Assembly (NCBI GenBank): GCA_963666215.2
Contig: CAXWPL010000001.1
Span: 256,001-320,000 of the forward strand
DNA length: 64,000 nucleotides
DNA from: Acidobacteriota bacterium
GTDB lineage: Bacteria; Acidobacteriota; UBA890; WLXD01
Direction: 5' to 3'
In this document: in pieces, positions 59,698 through 64,000 of the stretch
Numbering within the stretch: the first letter of the stretch is position 1
How the letters are laid out: each line of letters starts with the position of its first letter
Translations under genes and position numbers: made by a program
Notes under the pieces: model-generated
What the model saw: only the letters and a program-made list of their open reading frames with translations
Told to the model about the DNA's origin: nothing
Databases searched by the model: none

Positions 59698-60633
59698 ATG
59701 CCACCAGGAAACAGAAAACAGCCGAAACGAGCCAAGTCGTCCGAATCCCAGTATTCGCTCATGGAGTTCATGCGCGAGTTTCCCGACGACGAGACGTGCC
59801 TTACCTGGCTTTGGGAAAACCGCTGTTCGCCTGCCGGCAAGAACGCCATGTGCCCGAAATGCGAGGACATGCGCGCTTTTGAGCGGTACAAGACGAAACA
59901 GCAGCGCCAGTCGTGGACGTGTACGACCTGCGGGCACCATATCCACCCGACCGCTGGAACGATCTTTCACAAATCGTCCACGTCGCTGCAACTGTGGTTC
60001 TACGCCATCTACCTGATGACGAGCACACGATGCGGGATATCCGCGAAGCAACTTGAGCGCGAGCTGGGCGTGACCTACAAGACGGCGTGGCGCATGGCGC
60101 ACCTGATCCGTAACGAGCTTATGGAACAGGGCGACGAGCCTCTGTCCGGCGACGTGGAAGCCGACGAGATATACCACGGCGGCTACCGCAAGGGACGGCG
60201 GGGCCGAGGCGCGGCTGGCAAGACTCCCGTGTTCGGGATGGTCCAGCGCCAAGGGAACGTGGTCGCCATGACGGTTCCCAACGTGAGAGCTGCAACGCTG
60301 CAACCGAAGATCATCGAGCGGGTGCTGCCATCGTCCAGCATCTTCACTGACGAATTGGGTTCCTACCAAGGGCTCGACTACGGCAACAACATGGGCTACC
60401 GCCACCGGCGCATCAAACACACGGAGAAGGTGTACGTAAGCGGAGAAATCCACACGAACACTATTGAGGGCTTCTGGTCGCTGGTGAAGCGTGGAATCAG
60501 TGGTGTCTACCACTCGGTATCCGCTAAGCATCTTCAGGGCTACCTGAACGAGTACGCTTGGCGATACAACCACCGAAACGAGCGCCGCTCGATGTTTCGG
60601 ACGCTACTTCTTCGTGCTGCGCTTGGGCAGTGA
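59698..60633 (+). CDS. IS1595-family transposase
   Basis: Zn ribbon CPKC/CTTC, GISAKQLERELGVTYKTAWRM HTH, VEADE, IFTDE, HTNTIEGFWSLVKRG, YLNEYAWRYN. Confidence 0.95.
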   Translation: MPPGNRKQPKRAKSSESQYSLMEFMREFPDDETCLTWLWENRCSPAGKNAMCPKCEDMRAFERYKTKQQRQSWTCTTCGHHIHPTAGTIFHKSSTSLQLWFYAIYLMTSTRCGISAKQLERELGVTYKTAWRMAHLIRNELMEQGDEPLSGDVEADEIYHGGYRKGRRGRGAAGKTPVFGMVQRQGNVVAMTVPNVRAATLQPKIIERVLPSSSIFTDELGSYQGLDYGNNMGYRHRRIKHTEKVYVSGEIHTNTIEGFWSLVKRGISGVYHSVSAKHLQGYLNEYAWRYNHRNERRSMFRTLLLRAALGQ

Positions 60634-60747
60634 GGGTTTCTCGTCCTTGCCCGGATCGACCAATGTGTTTAGGTTCTTCATGAAATCGGCGCGCTTCGGA
60701 ATCGGGATTTCGACACCGGCGGGAGTCTTCTGCTTCTGTTCGCTCAT
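60604..60747 (-). CDS. 47-aa small protein convergent with the transposase
   Basis: MSEQKQKTPAGVEIPIPKRADFMKNLNTLVDPGKDEKPSLPKRSTKK*; below the ORF-track size cutoff. Confidence 0.45.
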   Translation of the reverse strand: MSEQKQKTPAGVEIPIPKRADFMKNLNTLVDPGKDEKPSLPKRSTKK

Positions 60748-60821
60748 GACTCGAGTCTATCCGACAAGGCGGTTCTTAGGGAACGCGGGCGTTCAGCTCC
60801 GTGCCTCGAGTGGGTGTTTAA

Positions 60822-62384
60822 GTGTCTGAATTAAAACAACTTAGCCTACTCGACAGGCTCGAGGAGCCCTACGAAGCCCTGCTGACACCAAACGAAATTT
60901 TCAAACTGCTCGATGCGGACATGCTCAGGCGACTGGCCGAGGACCGGAGAATCGAATGGAAACCCGCCAGTTTTCAAGGCCATCCGCTCGGAGAATACAT
61001 CTCGATGTGGGCGAACACCGCCCCCGAGGGCGGCATCATAGTCATTGGTGTTTCCGATGACGGTCGCTTGGAAGGTCTTCGGGCAAAAGGAGATCCATAC
61101 ATCAACAAGATGGAGAAGAACCCTCGCACCTTTTGCCCAGACGCAATTGTCGAAACGTCTCGAATACCGGTCACCAACACAAAGGATAACTGCGACTTCG
61201 TACTCGCCTTTCGAGTTCAGTACCACAAGAGCCGCGTCGTCAAAACAAACAAAGGCCGAGCATATACTCGACGGGGCGATTCTAAGTACGAAGTTCATGG
61301 TGCCGAGTTGCTCGAGCTGCAAGCCGACAAGGACGAGCTCAGCTTCGAAGCGGAACCAAGTCGTCTTTCCTATCCGGATGAATTCGATCTCAAGGCTATT
61401 CGATCCTTTACTGAAAACGTCGCCGGAATACGGGACATGGAGGAGGGCCACACTCGAGAGGACATCTTGTCTCTGATGCACCTTGGTGACAGTACGACGG
61501 GAGAGTTTCAGCCGAACATCGCGTGTACCCTGCTATTCGCAAAGGACTCCCGAAAGGAGATTCCGGGATGCAGGGTCAGGTTTCTCAGGTTCGATGGGGA
61601 CGAAGAAGGAACCGGAGGGAAATGGAACGCGGTCAAGGATGAGGTAATCGATGGCCAAGTACCACAGATGATTGTGGAAACGGACACGCTTATCGAATCC
61701 CAGATTCGCACTTTCTCGAGGCTGGATTCGAACGAACGATTCACGCCACAGCCCGAATACCCCAAAACAGCTTGGCATGAAGCGATCGTAAACGCGTGCG
61801 TGCATCGCTCCTACGGGAATGGTCTGAAAACCACGAACATCTTCGTGAAGATGTTTGACAACCGGCTGGTCATTGAGAGCCCCGGTGGATTTCCGCCATT
61901 CGTAACCCCGGAGAACATCTACGATACCCACCGTCCGAGAAATCCGTACTTGATGGAAGCCATGCGACATCTTGACTTCGTGAAATGCGCACACGAAGGG
62001 ACGCGTCGAATGCGCGCGGTCATGTCGAAGATGTCCTTACCAGATCCAGAATTCCAGGAAAAGGAAAGCGGCAGCTTTCGTGTGCGGGTCACGCTTCGGA
62101 ATAACGTTCATCAACGAAAGGCGTGGGTGGACGTTGATGTAACGGAAGTGATCGGCACTTTGCTCGCTCAGCAATTAGACGAAAACGAGAAGCGATTCGT
62201 GAACTTCATCGCAGAGCATGGTGAATTGAATGTGACCGAAGCCGGCCGACTATCCAGGCTGAGCTGGGCGACTGCCAAGAAAATCCTGATGAAGCTGGTA
62301 GAACGGGGCATTCTTCGCCACGATCGTCGCCGCGATATCGATCGCGATCCTCATGCCAGGTTTAGGCTCAACAAACCGGAATAA
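60822..62384 (+). CDS. Schlafen/AlbA_2 domain + HATPase_c_4 + C-terminal HTH protein
   Basis: EDRRIEWK, WANT..GGIIVIGVSDDG, YTRRG; EAIVNACVHRSY, SPGG, PRNP, GTRRM; winged-helix tail. Confidence 0.85.
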   Translation: MSELKQLSLLDRLEEPYEALLTPNEIFKLLDADMLRRLAEDRRIEWKPASFQGHPLGEYISMWANTAPEGGIIVIGVSDDGRLEGLRAKGDPYINKMEKNPRTFCPDAIVETSRIPVTNTKDNCDFVLAFRVQYHKSRVVKTNKGRAYTRRGDSKYEVHGAELLELQADKDELSFEAEPSRLSYPDEFDLKAIRSFTENVAGIRDMEEGHTREDILSLMHLGDSTTGEFQPNIACTLLFAKDSRKEIPGCRVRFLRFDGDEEGTGGKWNAVKDEVIDGQVPQMIVETDTLIESQIRTFSRLDSNERFTPQPEYPKTAWHEAIVNACVHRSYGNGLKTTNIFVKMFDNRLVIESPGGFPPFVTPENIYDTHRPRNPYLMEAMRHLDFVKCAHEGTRRMRAVMSKMSLPDPEFQEKESGSFRVRVTLRNNVHQRKAWVDVDVTEVIGTLLAQQLDENEKRFVNFIAEHGELNVTEAGRLSRLSWATAKKILMKLVERGILRHDRRRDIDRDPHARFRLNKPE

Positions 62385-62687
62385 TTGGTCGCTGCCTTGC
62401 TCTCTCCCTGCCTTATACACACAAGGGATAGTTACCAAAAGTAAAGGGTCAGTTAATTTGGATACACGGCAACGAGCAAGCCATTCTGGTATTTGTGGAA
62501 GCAGATGACGGTAGGACTTATGAACTCACGTTCAGTGGTCGATGGAACACCGACCTTCAAAAAATGACGACAGATGATCGGCTGTGCGCAATCGGACACG
62601 TAGATAGGGTAGAAATCGACAGCGTGTCGTTGTCTGATTGCAGGCTGCTTAGGTGAACACACTTCTGGGCGCAGATGCGGGACGTGA

Positions 62688-63895
62688 TTACAGGAGCTGC
62701 AACTTGACCCGTAGATATTCCATGCCACGGTCGCCCTTAATGCGGTTGCATGAGCCACACAGCAGTTGCAGGTTGCCGATGTGGTGAGTGCCGCCCTTAG
62801 CGCGGGAGATGATATGATCGACCTCCAGGTGACGCGGCTCGAAGTGGGCGCTACATCCGCCGCAATTGCCGCCCTGGGCACCGTAGAGCGTCTGCCGGTT
62901 GGCCGTGCAGTTGTAGGGCGGTATCTTCCCCAGGTCGGTACGGTGCGGAATATCGGTGCGGTGGGAGCCGTCGTAGTACAAGCCCAGTTCATCGTGCATG
63001 CGTCTCTGGACCAGCTCGGCAGCTTTGGGGCTAATGTCGATGCCGATCCACTGACGGTTCAATCCCTGGGCCGAGATGCACGTTGTGGCGCAGCCACAGA
63101 ATGGTCGAGCACCATGTCTCCTTCGTTCGAGCTGGCAGCGATGATGCGGTCGAGCAACTCGAGTGGCTTCTGGGTGGGGTAGCCGACGCGCTCCTTCGCA
63201 TTGGCATTCAGGAAGGAAAGCTCCCACACATCGCGCATAGCCTTGGTGCCGGAGGTAGCAACATAGGTCTGAGCAAGGCTGCCATCGGACTCTATCCGTG
63301 TCGTTCTGTTTTGTCCCTTGTGCCTTTTGATTCCCTTTGCGCTGTGCGGCTCAAACAGTTGATTGAACTTTGCATCTCCAGACTTGCCAAACATGAGCAC
63401 GACATCATGCATTCTCTGAAAGTTCTTGGTCGCACCAGTCCAGCGGTGGTAGCTCCACACGATCTCGTTGCGGAAGTTGCGTCGCCCGAACACCGCATCC
63501 ATGACCAGTTTCAGGTAGTGGCTCATGGTGGGATCGCAGTGCAGGTAGATGCTTGCCGTAGGCTTCATTGTGTGCCGCAGCCCCAGGAGCCGCGCGGCCA
63601 TGTAAGCGAGATAGGACTTGTCCGATGGAGTCATGGCGGCGAGCAGCACCCGATACAGCGCGGGGTGTTTAGCTTCGATCAGGTTGATCCACTCGGCGTC
63701 AACGTCCGAGAGCGTCCAGGTGTCCTTGAACGCGGCTCCGGCCGCCTTAGATCCGATCGGGGCCGCGTAGTTGGCCTTGGAGTTAAAGGGCGGATCGAGG
63801 TAGATCAGGTCAACGGACTCGCTGTTCATGCCGCGCATGATATCTAGGCAATCGCCAGTCCAAATGGTCTGGTGCGCCCAGTTCGGGGCAGCCAT
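62688..63895 (-). CDS. N6/N4 DNA methyltransferase (beta class) fused to HNH endonuclease, frameshifted at ~63103
   Basis: GDCL, YLDPPF, YPTQKP, then LD/PFCGCATT, GIDIS in the next frame; C-terminal CGGC...VDHII...GGTH...NLQLLCGSCNRIKG; one extra C joins the frames. Confidence 0.85.
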
Positions 63896-63898
63896 CAG

Positions 63899-64000
63899 TT
63901 AAGCAACCAGGTCCCGGTATTTCAGCGGGTCGGTGTTGACGATGCGCCGCAACGTATCCATGAAGATACTCGGATTGTCGCGGTTGTTGAACCGCCACTC
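63899..64000 (-). CDS. C-terminal fragment of a second IS1595-family transposase (runs off window)
   Basis: EWRFNNRDNPSIFMDTLRRIVNTDPLKYRDLVA*; stop lies 3 nt before the methyltransferase ATG. Confidence 0.7.
   Translation of the reverse strand, partial: EWRFNNRDNPSIFMDTLRRIVNTDPLKYRDLVA

Larger units (their letters stand above)
59631..62436 (+). mobile_element. Complete IS1595-family element with passenger gene (2806 bp)
   Basis: TIRs GGTAATTATCCCTTGACTGTATAAG / CTTATACACACAAGGGATAGTTACC; 8-bp direct repeat AAAAGTAA at 59623-59630 and 62437-62444. Confidence 0.93.
59348..62656 (+). pseudogene. Membrane-anchored OB-fold-like gene split by the inner IS (59348-59630 + 62445-62656)
   Basis: Removing 59631-62436 and one TSD restores one 164-aa frame: two TM helices ...ELKVKGQLIWIHG...CAIGHVDRVEIDSVSLSDCRLLR*. 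Confidence 0.8.
59300..64000 (-). mobile_element. Outer IS1595-family passenger-carrying element (other end beyond window)
   Basis: Candidate terminus GGTGATCCTGCACTTGAC at 59300; lower GC; IS1595-type transposase C-terminus at 63899-64000. Confidence 0.6.

Overview
High-GC (roughly two-thirds GC by eye) bacterial chromosomal window. The PadR + ADOP-type permease pair, DUF5916 and PDZ-kinase gene content suggest Acidobacteriota (inference). The backbone is housekeeping: smpB, nucleotide-sugar dehydrogenase, folK, deoxynucleoside kinase, a sigma-54 two-component pair, polA, galU, serS followed by two tRNA-Ser, gltX, tRNA-Gln, mutY. Five things stand out. (1) A coupled spt / GNAT (bCerS-like) / NAD-epimerase (CerR-like) ceramide-synthesis operon lies directly beside TolC, MlaC-like and MMPL/RND genes, a candidate sphingolipid export system. 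(2) An uninterrupted ~3025-aa protein fuses FixC-like ETF-oxidoreductase, FixX-like ferredoxin, two acyl-CoA dehydrogenase modules, EtfB and EtfA. (3) A UxxC selenocysteine glutaredoxin with a SECIS-like hairpin is missing from the ORF track. (4) A nested inverted-repeat (MITE-like) element follows tRNA-Gln. (5) From ~59300 there is a lower-GC region of nested IS1595-family elements: a complete inner element (TIRs, 8-bp TSD) carries a Schlafen/AlbA_2-ATPase gene and splits a membrane/OB-fold gene inside an outer element, which carries a DNA methyltransferase-HNH fusion and interrupts a pilX-like gene. Two single-base frameshifts in short homopolymers may be sequencing errors. All product calls come from motif recognition, not database searches.
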